From assembly GCA_910579835.1 (NCBI GenBank), contig CAJTWQ010000001.1, positions 57,798 through 121,797 on the forward strand: a stretch of DNA of 64,000 bases, written 5' to 3'. Source of the DNA: an uncultured Ruminococcus sp. GTDB taxonomy: Bacteria; Bacillota; Clostridia; Oscillospirales; Ruminococcaceae. The notes under the pieces were generated by a model. That model had not been told where the DNA came from. It ran no database searches and worked only from the letters and a program-made list of their open reading frames with translations. Positions 1 to 10,450 of the stretch are shown here, piece after piece. The translations under genes were made by a program, and so were the position numbers. How positions within the stretch are numbered: the first letter of the stretch is position 1; each line of letters opens with the position of its first letter.

Positions 1-61
1 CAGACCTGCCTATAAGGCGGTTTCACCTATGCGTGAATATCTTGACATGACCGACAGATGA
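1..61 (+). CDS. 3' end of an upstream gene (partial)
   Basis: Open frame from nt 2 (RPAYKAVSPMREYLDMTDR*) ending at TGA 59-61; too short to identify. Confidence 0.35.
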   Translation, partial: RPAYKAVSPMREYLDMTDR

Positions 62-65
62 GATA

Positions 66-97
66 TAAAACTATTGCGCAATTTGCAATAGCGTTTA
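66..97. repeat. Collapsed MITE-like hairpin, same family as 53608-53757
   Basis: CTATTGCGCAATTTGCAATAGCGTTTAGTAT at 71-101 is identical to 53731-53761. Confidence 0.75.
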
Positions 98-127
98 GTA
101 TAATTATATAATAAAAGGAGAATTAAT

Positions 128-1138
128 ATGGACAATTCAGCAAAAAAAGTCGATTTTAACGGCGCACCCTGCGTTGAACTTAAAGCCGGAGGATATACCG
201 CTCTTGTGGCTTACGGTATCGGCTCAAACGTTATCAGGCTGCACGACGATGTGAACGGAATAGAGTTTTTTCGCTTCAATCCTGAAAATACGGCAGACGT
301 TATAAGGCAGTCCGCCGAGGTCTGGGGAATGCCTACCCTTTACCTGCCCAACCGCTTTGCCGATGGAATTCTCAGAACTTCCGATGCCGTTTATCAGCTT
401 CCCGTCAACGAGAAGGCTCCCTACAGCAACCATATTCATGGGTTTATCCATAAGAGGGTACATGAAGTTGTGGAAACAGGCGCAGACGAGAACTCGGCAT
501 GGGTAAAAACACGCTATATCTACGATGAAAGAGACGAATTCTTTGCGTCTCTGCCTGTAAAATTTACGGCGGAGTATGTGTTTACGCTCTCAAAAAACGG
601 TCTGGAGCATAATATCAGCTTTACTAACAATGATACCAAGGTTCTGCCTATGTCTCTGGCGTCACATACGGCTGTAAAAGCTCCGTTTGTGGACGGCGGC
701 AAAGAGGAGGACATTCGTCTTTCCGTGCCGATCGGCAAAAAGTGCGAACTGAATTCACGCTGTCTCCCTACGGAAAATTATCTCGAGCCTGACGGATGGG
801 ATCTTGAATATCGTAATGGTACAAAGCGTCCTGTTCTTCAGGTCGTTGATAACGATATGTATTTCTGCGGCTCCCTGGAGCTTGACGGTGATCCGTTCCA
901 CGGCGTAACGGCTGAGGATATTGCAAGCGGCAAAAAGCTCTGCTACGAAGTTTCTGAGGAGTATGGATTCTGGATAATCTGGAATGACAGGGGATTCAAT
1001 CACTATTTCTGTCCCGAGCCTATGACGGCTATGATTAATGCTCCTAACCTTGATGAAGATCCGGCAGTCAGCGGCTATCGTGAAGTGAAGCCCGGAGAAA
1101 CATTTACCGCATGGCAGAAATTCAGCAGCAAAAATTAG
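128..1138 (+). CDS. Aldose 1-epimerase (mutarotase) family protein
   Basis: Motifs PNRF, NHIHG, ASHT, FCPEPMT; AAGGAG RBS; adjacent to cellobiose phosphorylase. Confidence 0.85.
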   Translation: MDNSAKKVDFNGAPCVELKAGGYTALVAYGIGSNVIRLHDDVNGIEFFRFNPENTADVIRQSAEVWGMPTLYLPNRFADGILRTSDAVYQLPVNEKAPYSNHIHGFIHKRVHEVVETGADENSAWVKTRYIYDERDEFFASLPVKFTAEYVFTLSKNGLEHNISFTNNDTKVLPMSLASHTAVKAPFVDGGKEEDIRLSVPIGKKCELNSRCLPTENYLEPDGWDLEYRNGTKRPVLQVVDNDMYFCGSLELDGDPFHGVTAEDIASGKKLCYEVSEEYGFWIIWNDRGFNHYFCPEPMTAMINAPNLDEDPAVSGYREVKPGETFTAWQKFSSKN

Positions 1139-1313
1139 AGACGTCAATTGAATCTTTAACAGTATTTGTTTAAAATGCACAAATTTTTTGCAAAAAGAAT
1201 TACAAAGTAATTTTATGCAATCTCTTGTAATATAATGAAAAATGTGATATAATGGTAGAAACGGCGTTATGCCTAAACACTTTCAACAGTAAAAACAAAG
1301 GAGAATAATCACT

Positions 1314-3770
1314 ATGAAGTTCGGATTTTTTGACGACGCCAACAGGGAATACGTTATAAATTCCCCAAGAACGCCCTATCCGTGGATAAACTACCTTGGT
1401 ACGCAGGGCTTTTTCTCACTGATTTCCAATACGGCGGGAGGCTACTCTTTCTATAAAGACGCACGTCTCAGAAGAATTACACGCTACCGCTACAACAATG
1501 TGCCTATCGACATGGGCGGACGCTATTTCTATATCAATGAAAACGGTACTGTCTGGAACCCTGGCTGGTCGCCTGTCAAGACTGAGCTTGATTCTTATGA
1601 GTGCCGCCACGGTATGGGCTACACCGTTATTACCGGTAAGAAGAACGGCCTTAAAGCTGAAGCGACTTTCTTTGTTCCGCAGAACTATGACGGGGAGGTT
1701 CAGCAGGTGGTTCTTACCAACGAGAGCGCTGAGTCCAAGACTTTCTCGCTTTTCTCCTTTGCTGAATGGTGTCTCTGGGACGCACAGGACGACTGCACGA
1801 ATTTTCAGAGAAATTTCTCCACCGGACGTGTTGAGGTAGTCGGCTCGACTATCTACCACAAGACCGAATACAGAGACAGACGCGATCATTTCGCTTTCTA
1901 TACGGTTAACGATGAGATTGACGGTTACGATACCGACAGAGATTCCTTTATCGGTCTTTACAACGGTTTTGGCGATCCGCAGGCTGTTATGGCTGATAAG
2001 GCTAATAATTCCTTTGCCGACGGTTGGTCGCCTATCGCTTCTCATTACAAGAGGATAACTCTCGCTCCCGGCGAGTCAAAAACTCTTATTTTTATCCTTG
2101 GCTACGTTGAAATGCCCGTGGACAAGAAGTTCGAGGCTGACGGTGTGACTATCAACAAGGAAAAGGCTCTGGCAATGATCGGACAGTACGATACTCCCGA
2201 AAAAGTTGCCGCAGGTCTTGCAGAGCTTAAAGCTGCCTGGGACAAGCTCCTCGGCGTTATCAGCGTAAATACTCCCGACGACAAGGTAGACCGCATGGTA
2301 AACATCTGGAACCAGTATCAGTGCATGGTTACCTTTAATCTCTCACGCTCCGCTTCTTACTTTGAAAGCGGTATCGGCAGAGGCATGGGCTTCCGTGATT
2401 CCAACCAGGATATCCTTGGTTTCGTTCATCAAATCCCTAACCGTGCAAGAGAGCGTATTATTGACATTGCATCAACACAGCTCCCCGACGGAGGATGCTA
2501 TCACCAGTATCAGCCCCTTACAAAGAAGGGCAATTCCGATATTGGCGGCGACTTCTCCGACGATCCGCTGTGGATGATCCTCTCTGTTTCCGCTTACATC
2601 AAGGAAACAGGCGACTGGTCTATTCTTGATGAAATGGTGCCTTACGACAACGATATGAGCAAGGCACAGCCTATGCTGGATCACCTGAAAGTATCTTTCT
2701 ATAAGATCGTAAATAATCTCGGTCCTCATAACCTGCCTTTGGCTATGCGTGCCGACTGGAACGACTGCATTAACCTTTCGTGTTATTCCGATACTCCCGG
2801 AGAGAGCTTCCAGACATACACAAATCCTAAGTTTGCGGCTGAGGGCGGTTACTCCAAGGTTGCTGAATCCGTAATGGTTGCTTCGTTATTTACATATGCA
2901 GGTCCTAACTATGTGGCTATCCTCAGACATCTGGGCAGGAACGACGAGGCTGACGCTGCGCAGGCTGAGATCGACAAGATGAAGAAGAACGTTATGGAGC
3001 ACGCTTTTGACGGTGACTGGTTCATCCGTGCTTACGATTCGACTGGCGCAAAAATGGGATCCAAGGAATGCGAAGAGGGCAAGATCTTTATCGAACCCCA
3101 GGGATTTGCCGTTATGTCCGAGATCGGCAAGGATGTGGGCGCTGATATCAAGACTCTTGAATCTATCGACAAGTATCTGAATACTCAGTACGGACTTGTT
3201 CTCAATAATCCTGCATTCAGCAAGTATTATATCCAGTACGGCGAAATTTCTACATATCCCGGCGGATACAAGGAGAACGCAGGTATCTTCACGCATAACA
3301 ACGCATGGATAATCTGTGCAGAGGCTTATGCCGGCAGAGGCGACAAGGCGTTTGAATACTACAGCAAGATCGCTCCTGCTTTCAATGAGGAGATTTCCGA
3401 ACTGCACAAGACAGAGCCTTACGTATACGGTCAGATGATCGCTGGAAAGGACGCAAGCAGATTTGGCGAGGGCAAGAACTCATGGCTGACAGGTACCGCC
3501 GCATGGAATATGGTTGCGATTTCTCAGTATATTCTGGGTATTGCCGCCGATTTCGACGGACTTAAAGTTGATCCTTCTATTCCTCACGAGTGGGACGGAT
3601 TCACAGCGTCAAGACAGTTCCGTGGAGCAACATACAACATTAATGTACAGAACCCCGACCACGTATGCAAGGGCGTTAAGAGCATGACTGTTGACGGAAA
3701 TGCCGTAGAGGGAAATGTTATTCCTGCATTTGAAAACGGTGTTCATGAAGTTGTTATCATGATGGGTTAA
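1314..3770 (+). CDS. cbp: Cellobiose phosphorylase (GH94)
   Basis: [56 protein letters not shown]. Confidence 0.93.
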   Translation: MKFGFFDDANREYVINSPRTPYPWINYLGTQGFFSLISNTAGGYSFYKDARLRRITRYRYNNVPIDMGGRYFYINENGTVWNPGWSPVKTELDSYECRHGMGYTVITGKKNGLKAEATFFVPQNYDGEVQQVVLTNESAESKTFSLFSFAEWCLWDAQDDCTNFQRNFSTGRVEVVGSTIYHKTEYRDRRDHFAFYTVNDEIDGYDTDRDSFIGLYNGFGDPQAVMADKANNSFADGWSPIASHYKRITLAPGESKTLIFILGYVEMPVDKKFEADGVTINKEKALAMIGQYDTPEKVAAGLAELKAAWDKLLGVISVNTPDDKVDRMVNIWNQYQCMVTFNLSRSASYFESGIGRGMGFRDSNQDILGFVHQIPNRARERIIDIASTQLPDGGCYHQYQPLTKKGNSDIGGDFSDDPLWMILSVSAYIKETGDWSILDEMVPYDNDMSKAQPMLDHLKVSFYKIVNNLGPHNLPLAMRADWNDCINLSCYSDTPGESFQTYTNPKFAAEGGYSKVAESVMVASLFTYAGPNYVAILRHLGRNDEADAAQAEIDKMKKNVMEHAFDGDWFIRAYDSTGAKMGSKECEEGKIFIEPQGFAVMSEIGKDVGADIKTLESIDKYLNTQYGLVLNNPAFSKYYIQYGEISTYPGGYKENAGIFTHNNAWIICAEAYAGRGDKAFEYYSKIAPAFNEEISELHKTEPYVYGQMIAGKDASRFGEGKNSWLTGTAAWNMVAISQYILGIAADFDGLKVDPSIPHEWDGFTASRQFRGATYNINVQNPDHVCKGVKSMTVDGNAVEGNVIPAFENGVHEVVIMMG

Positions 3771-3816
3771 GACAGCGGCGGTTTATGCTTTTGTTTGTAA
3801 CTTAATAAATGTTATA

Positions 3817-3846
3817 AAGATGCGGACTGCGGTTCGCATCTTTTTT
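3817..3846 (+). terminator. Rho-independent terminator
   Basis: AAAGATGCGGAC-TGCG-GTTCGCATCTTT followed by a T-run. Confidence 0.75.
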
Positions 3847-3863
3847 AATAAGGAGAAAATATT

Positions 3864-4496
3864 ATGAAAATCAGGTATGCTGCGCTGATCTGCCTGTCAG
3901 CGCTGATGCTGCTGTCATCCTGCGGAAAAGCAGACAGTTCTTCAGAGTCGGAAAAAACAGAAGGCATGCCGACATCTGTGAGCCTTTTTGGAAAGGAAAT
4001 ATTGCTTCCCTGCGAATTAAACGATCTGCCGGATAACATTGTGTGCGATACAGAATCTGCCTTTCATCTTAATTATACCGATGCTTTTATTGATATTTAT
4101 GACGGAGAAATTGACAAAACAAAGTCAAACAGAATCGGCAGGATAGTGGTGGAAGACATAATTAAGGACAGCGGAACTATCTCTGTCAGTGGAGATGAAC
4201 GGATAAGCTGTATTAATATTGAGAATATATCTGGAACGGATTATCTTGGAGAACCTTTCGGCAGATATGATGTGAAATACGGCGGATTTGAATATAATAC
4301 TCCGAAAGACGATTTTAAGGCAAAATTCGGAGAGCCTGATGTAGAACTAACGGTAAGCGAGCGTCTGGTATATTATCTTGACAATGATGGCAGGACTTTT
4401 GTTAATATAGATTTCAGGAACGATGTAATAGACGACATTGACATCAGTCTGTATGACTGGAGCAGCAGCTGGATCAATGATGAAAATGATGAATAA
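3864..4496 (+). CDS. Hypothetical lipoprotein
   Basis: Signal peptide with lipobox LSSC; AAGGAG RBS. Confidence 0.75.
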   Translation: MKIRYAALICLSALMLLSSCGKADSSSESEKTEGMPTSVSLFGKEILLPCELNDLPDNIVCDTESAFHLNYTDAFIDIYDGEIDKTKSNRIGRIVVEDIIKDSGTISVSGDERISCINIENISGTDYLGEPFGRYDVKYGGFEYNTPKDDFKAKFGEPDVELTVSERLVYYLDNDGRTFVNIDFRNDVIDDIDISLYDWSSSWINDENDE

Positions 4497-4589
4497 AAAA
4501 GAGGGGAAGTTATAACCGCTGGTTCCCTAGCCGGGCGTGTTCTTTTTGTTTTGTTGAAAGCAGGGCTTTGAAAAAATTATAAAAAAAGG

Positions 4590-4618
4590 TTTACAAGCTC
4601 CATTTTTTGTGATATAAT
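4590..4618 (+). promoter_or_regulatory. SigA-type promoter of nifJ
   Basis: TTTACA-17bp-TATAAT with extended TG. Confidence 0.7.
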
Positions 4619-4709
4619 ATTAACAGCCGTTACATATGGGTAACAAACCGGATGTTTCCGCACTGGCCGTATGTAACCCCACAAAAACTTTTTTCAGGAG
4701 GTCATTCCT

Positions 4710-7700
4710 ATGGCAATCAAAAGAAAAATGAAAACCATGGATGGTAACAATGCTGCTGCATGGGTATCATATCCCTTTACCGATGTAGCCGCTATTTATC
4801 CCATCACACCTTCCTCAGTTATGGCTGAGGTAACAGACAGCTGGTCTGCTAAGGACAAGAAGAACCTTTTCGGTCAGCCTGTAACAGTTGCAGAGATGCA
4901 GTCTGAAGCCGGCGCCGCAGGTACGGTTCACGGTTCTCTCTCCGCAGGCGCGCTTACTACTACATACACAGCTTCACAGGGTCTTCTCCTGATGATCCCC
5001 AATATGTATAAGATCGCCGGCGAGCTTCTTCCCAACGTAATTCACGTTTCTGCAAGATGCGTATCTTCTCACGCTCTTAATATCTTCGGCGACCATTCTG
5101 ACGTTTATGCTTGCCGTCAGACAGGTTACGCAATGCTTTGCTCGTCCAACCCGCAGGAGGTTATGGATCTCGGCGCAGTAGCTCATCTTTCAACAATCAA
5201 GGGCAGAGTGCCTTTCCTCCATTTCTTTGACGGTTTCCGTACATCACACGAGATTCAGAAGATCGAGACATGGGACGATGAGACTCTTCTCTCGCTTCTC
5301 GACAAGGATGCGGCTCAGTCTTTCCGTGACAAGGCTCTTCACCCTGAGAGACCTGTTCTTCGCGGCTCTGCTCAGAACCCTGACATCTTCTTCCAGGCTC
5401 GTGAGGCCTGCAACAAGTATTATGATGCACTTCCGGCTATCGTTGAGGACTACATGAATAAGGTGAACGAGCTTATCGGTACTGACTACAAGCTCTTCAA
5501 CTACTATGGTGCAGCCGACGCGGAGCACGTTATCGTTGCTATGGGTTCTGTAAACGATACTATCGAGGAGACTATTGATTATCTTAACGCTAACGGCGGC
5601 AAGTACGGTCTCGTTAAGGTTCGTCTGTACAGACCTTTCGTTGCGGACAAGCTTGTTGAAGTTATTCCCGACAGCGTAAAGAGAATTTCTGTTCTCGACA
5701 GAACAAAGGAACCCGGTTCACTGGGCGAACCTCTCTATCTTGACGTTGTTGCAGCTCTCAAGGATACTAAGTTTAACAATGTTCCCGTATTTACAGGACG
5801 CTATGGTCTCGGCTCAAAGGATACTGTTCCCGCTCAGATCGTTGCCGTATTCAAGAACGATTCCAAGAAGAGATTTACTATCGGTATTGAGGACGATGTT
5901 ACAAATCTTTCTCTTGCTCTTGAGGAGAATCCAGATTCGGCTCCTGCCGGCACAACAGCCTGCAAGTTCTGGGGCCTTGGTTCTGACGGTACTGTTGGCG
6001 CTAACAAGAACTCTATCAAGATCATCGGCGACCATACTGATCTTTACGCTCAGGCTTACTTTGCATATGACTCAAAGAAATCCGGCGGTGTAACTATCTC
6101 TCATCTCCGTTTCGGAAAGACTCCTATCAAGTCGACTTATCTTATCAATAAGGCTGATTTTGTAGCTTGTCACAACCAGAGCTATATCGACAAGTACGAT
6201 ATGGTTTCTGACATCAAGCCCGGCGGTACTTTCCTCCTCAACACTATCTGGACACCTGAGGAGCTTGACGCTAATCTCCCCGGACAGGTAAAGAGATATA
6301 TCGCTCAGAATAATATCAATTTCTATATCATCAACGGCGTTAAGCTGGGTGAAGAAACAGGCATGGGCACAAGAATCAATACTATCCTCCAGTCCGCATT
6401 CTTCAAGCTGGCTAACATCATTCCTTTCGAGGACGCTCTTAAATACATGAAGGCTGCCGCTGAGGCTTCCTACAGCAAAAAGGGTCAGGACGTTGTTGAA
6501 AAGAACTGGAACGCTATCGACGCCGGTCACCAGAACATCGTCAAGGTTGACGTTCCCGCTGCATGGGCTGACGCTGCCGATACTCAGATGGGTATGGCTG
6601 CCGTTTCATGCGATGACAAGAATCTTGAAAACTATGTAAACAATATCCAGATCCCCTGCAACGCTCAGAAGGGTGATACTCTCCCTGTTTCTACATTCGT
6701 AGATATGGCTGACGGCACATTCCCGCAGGGTTCTGCTGCATTTGAAAAGCGCGGTATCGCTGTTAAGGTTCCTGCATGGATTCCCGAAAATTGTATTCAG
6801 TGCAACCAGTGCGCATATGTTTGTCCTCATGCTGTAATCAGACCTGTTGCTATGACTCCCGCAGAGGTTGAGGCTGCTCCTGCCGCTATTAAGTCTCTCG
6901 ACTTCAAGCCTGCTGTAGGCGATCTTAAGTTCGTAATGACTGTTTCTACACTTGACTGTACAGGATGCGGCGTCTGCGCTAATATCTGTCCCGCTAAGGA
7001 GAAAGCTCTCGTTATGGAGCCTATTGCATCTCAGATGGATCAGCAGGAAGTATTTAACTACGGCGTTACTATCGACGAAAAGGAAGAGGTTGCCGCTAAG
7101 TTTAAGGCAGCGACAGTTAAGGGTTCACAGTTCAGACAGCCCCTCCTTGAATTCTCAGGCGCATGTGCAGGCTGCGGCGAGACTCCTTACGCTAAGCTCG
7201 TAACACAGCTCTTCGGTGACAGAATGATGATTGCAAACGCTACCGGATGCTCTTCAATCTGGGGCGGCAGCGCGCCTTCAACTCCTTACACCGTAAACAA
7301 GAAGGGCAGAGGTCCGGCTTGGAGCAACTCCCTCTTTGAGGACAACGCTGAATTCGGCTACGGTATGTTCCTTGCTCAGGAGACTCTCCGTGCAAGAGTT
7401 ACAGCTAAGGTAAAGGCTATCTCTGAGAAGGCTGAAAAGCCCGAAGTTAAGGCTGCAATTGACGAATACTTTGCAACATACAACGACGGTGCAAAGAATC
7501 AGGAAGCTACAGACAAGCTTGTTGCTGCTCTTGAGGCATGCGGATGCGACGATGCTAAGGCTATCCTTGCTGAAAAGGATTATCTCAGCAAGAAGTCGCA
7601 GTGGATCTTCGGCGGCGACGGCTGGGCTTACGATATCGGTTTCGGCGGTCTTGACCACGTAATTGCTTCTGGCAAGAATGTTAATATCCTCGTATTCGAT

Positions 7701-8255
7701 ACAGAGGTTTACTCAAATACAGGCGGACAGGCTTCCAAGTCCACACCTACAGGTGCAATCGCTCAGTTTGCTGCTGCCGGTAAGGTTGTTAAGAAGAAGG
7801 ATCTTGCAGGTATCGCTATGAGCTATGGCTATGTATATGTTGCTCACGTTGCTATGGGTGCAGATATGAATCAGTGTATCAAGGCATTTGCCGAGGCTGA
7901 GGCTTACGACGGACCTTCTATCGTTATCGCTTATGCTCCTTGTATCAACCACGGTATCAAGACAGGTATGGCTACTGCTCAGGCTGAGGAGAAGAAGGCT
8001 GTACAGGCTGGTTACTGGCACCTCTACAGATATAATCCTGATCTAAAGGCAGAGGGTAAGAATCCTTTCAGCCTCGATTCCAAGGCTCCTAACACAGAGG
8101 AATATAAGAACTTCCTCATGGGCGAGGTTCGTTACAACTCACTGGCTCGTCAGAATCCTGAGAGAGCAGAGAAGCTCTTTGATGCCGCTGTTGCCAATGC
8201 TAAGGATCGTTATGACTATCTTACAAGACTTACAACTCTTTACGGTCAGGACTGA
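4710..8255 (+). CDS. nifJ: Pyruvate:ferredoxin (flavodoxin) oxidoreductase
   Basis: AIYPITPSS, MQSEAGAAG, two CxxCxxCxxxCP 4Fe-4S motifs, GACAGCGET, TPP motif GGDGWAYDIG. Confidence 0.97.
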   Translation: MAIKRKMKTMDGNNAAAWVSYPFTDVAAIYPITPSSVMAEVTDSWSAKDKKNLFGQPVTVAEMQSEAGAAGTVHGSLSAGALTTTYTASQGLLLMIPNMYKIAGELLPNVIHVSARCVSSHALNIFGDHSDVYACRQTGYAMLCSSNPQEVMDLGAVAHLSTIKGRVPFLHFFDGFRTSHEIQKIETWDDETLLSLLDKDAAQSFRDKALHPERPVLRGSAQNPDIFFQAREACNKYYDALPAIVEDYMNKVNELIGTDYKLFNYYGAADAEHVIVAMGSVNDTIEETIDYLNANGGKYGLVKVRLYRPFVADKLVEVIPDSVKRISVLDRTKEPGSLGEPLYLDVVAALKDTKFNNVPVFTGRYGLGSKDTVPAQIVAVFKNDSKKRFTIGIEDDVTNLSLALEENPDSAPAGTTACKFWGLGSDGTVGANKNSIKIIGDHTDLYAQAYFAYDSKKSGGVTISHLRFGKTPIKSTYLINKADFVACHNQSYIDKYDMVSDIKPGGTFLLNTIWTPEELDANLPGQVKRYIAQNNINFYIINGVKLGEETGMGTRINTILQSAFFKLANIIPFEDALKYMKAAAEASYSKKGQDVVEKNWNAIDAGHQNIVKVDVPAAWADAADTQMGMAAVSCDDKNLENYVNNIQIPCNAQKGDTLPVSTFVDMADGTFPQGSAAFEKRGIAVKVPAWIPENCIQCNQCAYVCPHAVIRPVAMTPAEVEAAPAAIKSLDFKPAVGDLKFVMTVSTLDCTGCGVCANICPAKEKALVMEPIASQMDQQEVFNYGVTIDEKEEVAAKFKAATVKGSQFRQPLLEFSGACAGCGETPYAKLVTQLFGDRMMIANATGCSSIWGGSAPSTPYTVNKKGRGPAWSNSLFEDNAEFGYGMFLAQETLRARVTAKVKAISEKAEKPEVKAAIDEYFATYNDGAKNQEATDKLVAALEACGCDDAKAILAEKDYLSKKSQWIFGGDGWAYDIGFGGLDHVIASGKNVNILVFDTEVYSNTGGQASKSTPTGAIAQFAAAGKVVKKKDLAGIAMSYGYVYVAHVAMGADMNQCIKAFAEAEAYDGPSIVIAYAPCINHGIKTGMATAQAEEKKAVQAGYWHLYRYNPDLKAEGKNPFSLDSKAPNTEEYKNFLMGEVRYNSLARQNPERAEKLFDAAVANAKDRYDYLTRLTTLYGQD

Positions 8256-8312
8256 TCTCTGAATAAATAAAATTGCCTGTCGCATTAGTGCGGTGCTCAT
8301 AATAAAAGTTTT

Positions 8313-8358
8313 AGTCATAGCATTTTTGATGATAAGTCAAAAGTGCTATGACCTTTTT
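8313..8358 (+). terminator. Terminator after nifJ
   Basis: GTCATAGCATTTTTGA...TCAAAAGTGCTATGAC inverted repeat followed by TTTTT. Confidence 0.65.
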
Positions 8359-8359
8359 A

Positions 8360-8388
8360 TTGACATAACCGTTCTTTGGATGTATAAT
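8360..8388 (+). promoter_or_regulatory. Consensus SigA promoter
   Basis: TTGACA-17bp-TATAAT. Confidence 0.8.
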
Positions 8389-8427
8389 AGTGCTAAGACA
8401 AATCGGGATTTGAAAGGATAAATATAG

Positions 8428-8976
8428 ATGAAACAAGGAAGAATTATAATAATTACTGGTTCGCCGGGAACTGGAAAAAGCACAACATCAAATATTGTTG
8501 CGGAAGAATCCAGTATGGAAAAATCTGTTCATATGCATACAGATGATTTTTACCATTATCTTAGCAAAGGAGCGATACCACCGCATTTACCAGAATCAAA
8601 CGAGCAAAATTTAATTGTAATTGAAGCATTTTTAGAAGCTGCAAAGCGTTATGTCCGTGGCGGATATGATGTAATCGTGGACGGTATTATTGGTTCATGG
8701 TTTTTGGAACCTTGGTTAAATGTAGTCAAGGAGGGTTATGAAGTACACTATATTGTTCTGAGAGCAAATAAAGAAGAAACTTTGAAGCGTGCGGTTTGCC
8801 GTTCAAAGTTAGATACAGAAACAAATATCGAACTGGTAGAAGTGATGTGGGAACAATTCTGTAATCTTGGAGTATATGAGGAGAATGTTATAGATACAAC
8901 GAATGATACGATTTATGACACTGTTTCTAAAATCAAGGAGAAAGTTTCAAATAAAACAGCATTGCTTCGTGTATAA
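8428..8976 (+). CDS. Small P-loop NTPase/kinase (AAA_33-like), AT-rich
   Basis: Walker A GSPGTGKST; visibly more AT-rich than neighbouring genes. Confidence 0.85.
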   Translation: MKQGRIIIITGSPGTGKSTTSNIVAEESSMEKSVHMHTDDFYHYLSKGAIPPHLPESNEQNLIVIEAFLEAAKRYVRGGYDVIVDGIIGSWFLEPWLNVVKEGYEVHYIVLRANKEETLKRAVCRSKLDTETNIELVEVMWEQFCNLGVYEENVIDTTNDTIYDTVSKIKEKVSNKTALLRV

Positions 8977-9077
8977 TTCCTTAATATTTTTGTAGTATTT
9001 AACTTTCAGTTTATGAAAGTAAACAAATAGAATGAGAAGTTTATAAGCAGGTTGTATCAGAGAATACTTAATACCAG

Positions 9078-9111
9078 AATCCCCGACGAAAAGCCGGGGA
9101 TTGATTTTTTT
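9078..9111 (+). terminator. Rho-independent terminator
   Basis: AATCCCCG-ACGAAAAGC-CGGGGATT followed by a T-run. Confidence 0.65.
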
Positions 9112-9145
9112 CCGAATATTTGCTATAATTAAATCAGGTGATAAT

Positions 9146-9670
9146 ATGATGTTAATTTCTTTAGCTGATATTGAAAAAAAATATCAGCATACCCACGCTC
9201 ACAGACTTCTCGGAGAATGTCTCAGGCCTTTTGGCATTGAATACAGTGAGGAACATACCGTAAGGGGACAGTACGGAAAGCCCTTTCTGCCCGAACATCC
9301 GGAGATATGCTTTAATATTTCACATGCTGACGGTATATGCGCCTGTATTGCCGGCAAGGGGGAATATGGAATCGACTGCGAGAAAGTTCACCCTTATCGT
9401 CAAAATGTGGTGAAAAAGGTCTTTTCGGAGAGGGAGCAGGAGCTATTCGGGGTGACTCCGGAAAGTCAGCGTGATATGCTTTTTTTTCGGTTATGGACGC
9501 TGAAAGAATCTTATATCAAGGCGATCGGCATGGGGCTGTCATTTCCTATGAACAAGGCGGAATTTATCCTCTCCGAAAACGGATTTTCGACTAATTTGGA
9601 GGGATATAAATTTAAACAGTACATGATACATGGACAGTTTATCGTTTCGGTCTGCACGGCTATTGACTAA
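9146..9670 (+). CDS. 4'-phosphopantetheinyl transferase (Sfp-like)
   Basis: GKP, FNISH, GIDCE, WTLKESYIKAIG; start moved to ATG 9146 after AGGTG RBS. Confidence 0.88.
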   Translation: MMLISLADIEKKYQHTHAHRLLGECLRPFGIEYSEEHTVRGQYGKPFLPEHPEICFNISHADGICACIAGKGEYGIDCEKVHPYRQNVVKKVFSEREQELFGVTPESQRDMLFFRLWTLKESYIKAIGMGLSFPMNKAEFILSENGFSTNLEGYKFKQYMIHGQFIVSVCTAID

Positions 9671-9724
9671 TGACAGAATATGTGATATAATTTTTATTGT
9701 AAAATAAATAACATGGAGGTTTAT

Positions 9725-10444
9725 ATGAAAAAAATATCTTTATTGCTGGCGCTTATGCTCACAATGTGCTCGTTTGCTGCCTGTGGTGATTCTGACAACG
9801 ACGATGATGATGACAGAAAGAGCAGAAGCTCTGCCGTTTCTGACAATGACGAAGATGACGATGACAATGATAACGACGACGCTAAAGACGATGAGAAGTC
9901 GGTCAAGCTTTCAAGGGGAAAGGTGAACGGAAGCACATATACCAATGATTCCTGTGGGCTGAGCTTTGAAGCGCCGGAGGGATGGCATATTTATTCCGAG
10001 GCTGAGATCAAGGCTACTATGAACGCAGGTCTTGAAGTAGGCGGAAATGCAAATCTGGATACGGATATGCTCATGCAGAAGACAACTTACGATTTTGTTG
10101 CAGGCGACCTTAGTACGGGCGAGAGCATGATGATTATGATCGAGGATCTTTCAAAATATCCCGACGGATTTACAATCGACGACTATATTAAAGCTGCTAA
10201 GCTTTCCACTGGTGTGGCTATGCCCAATGCAGATATTGACTGGAAAATTGACGGGGATCATGAGACTGTCTGCGGCATCGAATTTGATGTTTTTGGATTG
10301 GATATTGAAATTAAGGACTATGACGTTGCTATTACGCAGGACTACTATTTAAGCAAAATAGACGACTGCTTTCTTGTTCTTACATATTCTTCAGGTTATA
10401 CATCCAACACAATGGCTGATTACAAGGGCTGCTTCGGGGACTGA
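9725..10444 (+). CDS. Lipoprotein with Asp-rich linker
   Basis: Lipobox FAAC, poly-Asp/Asn stretch, GGAGG RBS. Confidence 0.8.
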   Translation: MKKISLLLALMLTMCSFAACGDSDNDDDDDRKSRSSAVSDNDEDDDDNDNDDAKDDEKSVKLSRGKVNGSTYTNDSCGLSFEAPEGWHIYSEAEIKATMNAGLEVGGNANLDTDMLMQKTTYDFVAGDLSTGESMMIMIEDLSKYPDGFTIDDYIKAAKLSTGVAMPNADIDWKIDGDHETVCGIEFDVFGLDIEIKDYDVAITQDYYLSKIDDCFLVLTYSSGYTSNTMADYKGCFGD

Positions 10445-10450
10445 TTTAAA

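Noticed and set aside
4607..4626. Rex operator over the nifJ promoter (TTGTGA...TTAACA)
   Set aside because: Half-site spacing is 2 bp longer than the 18-bp Rex box
9146..9670. PPTase as a marker of an NRPS/PKS cluster
   Set aside because: No carrier-protein or synthetase genes in the window
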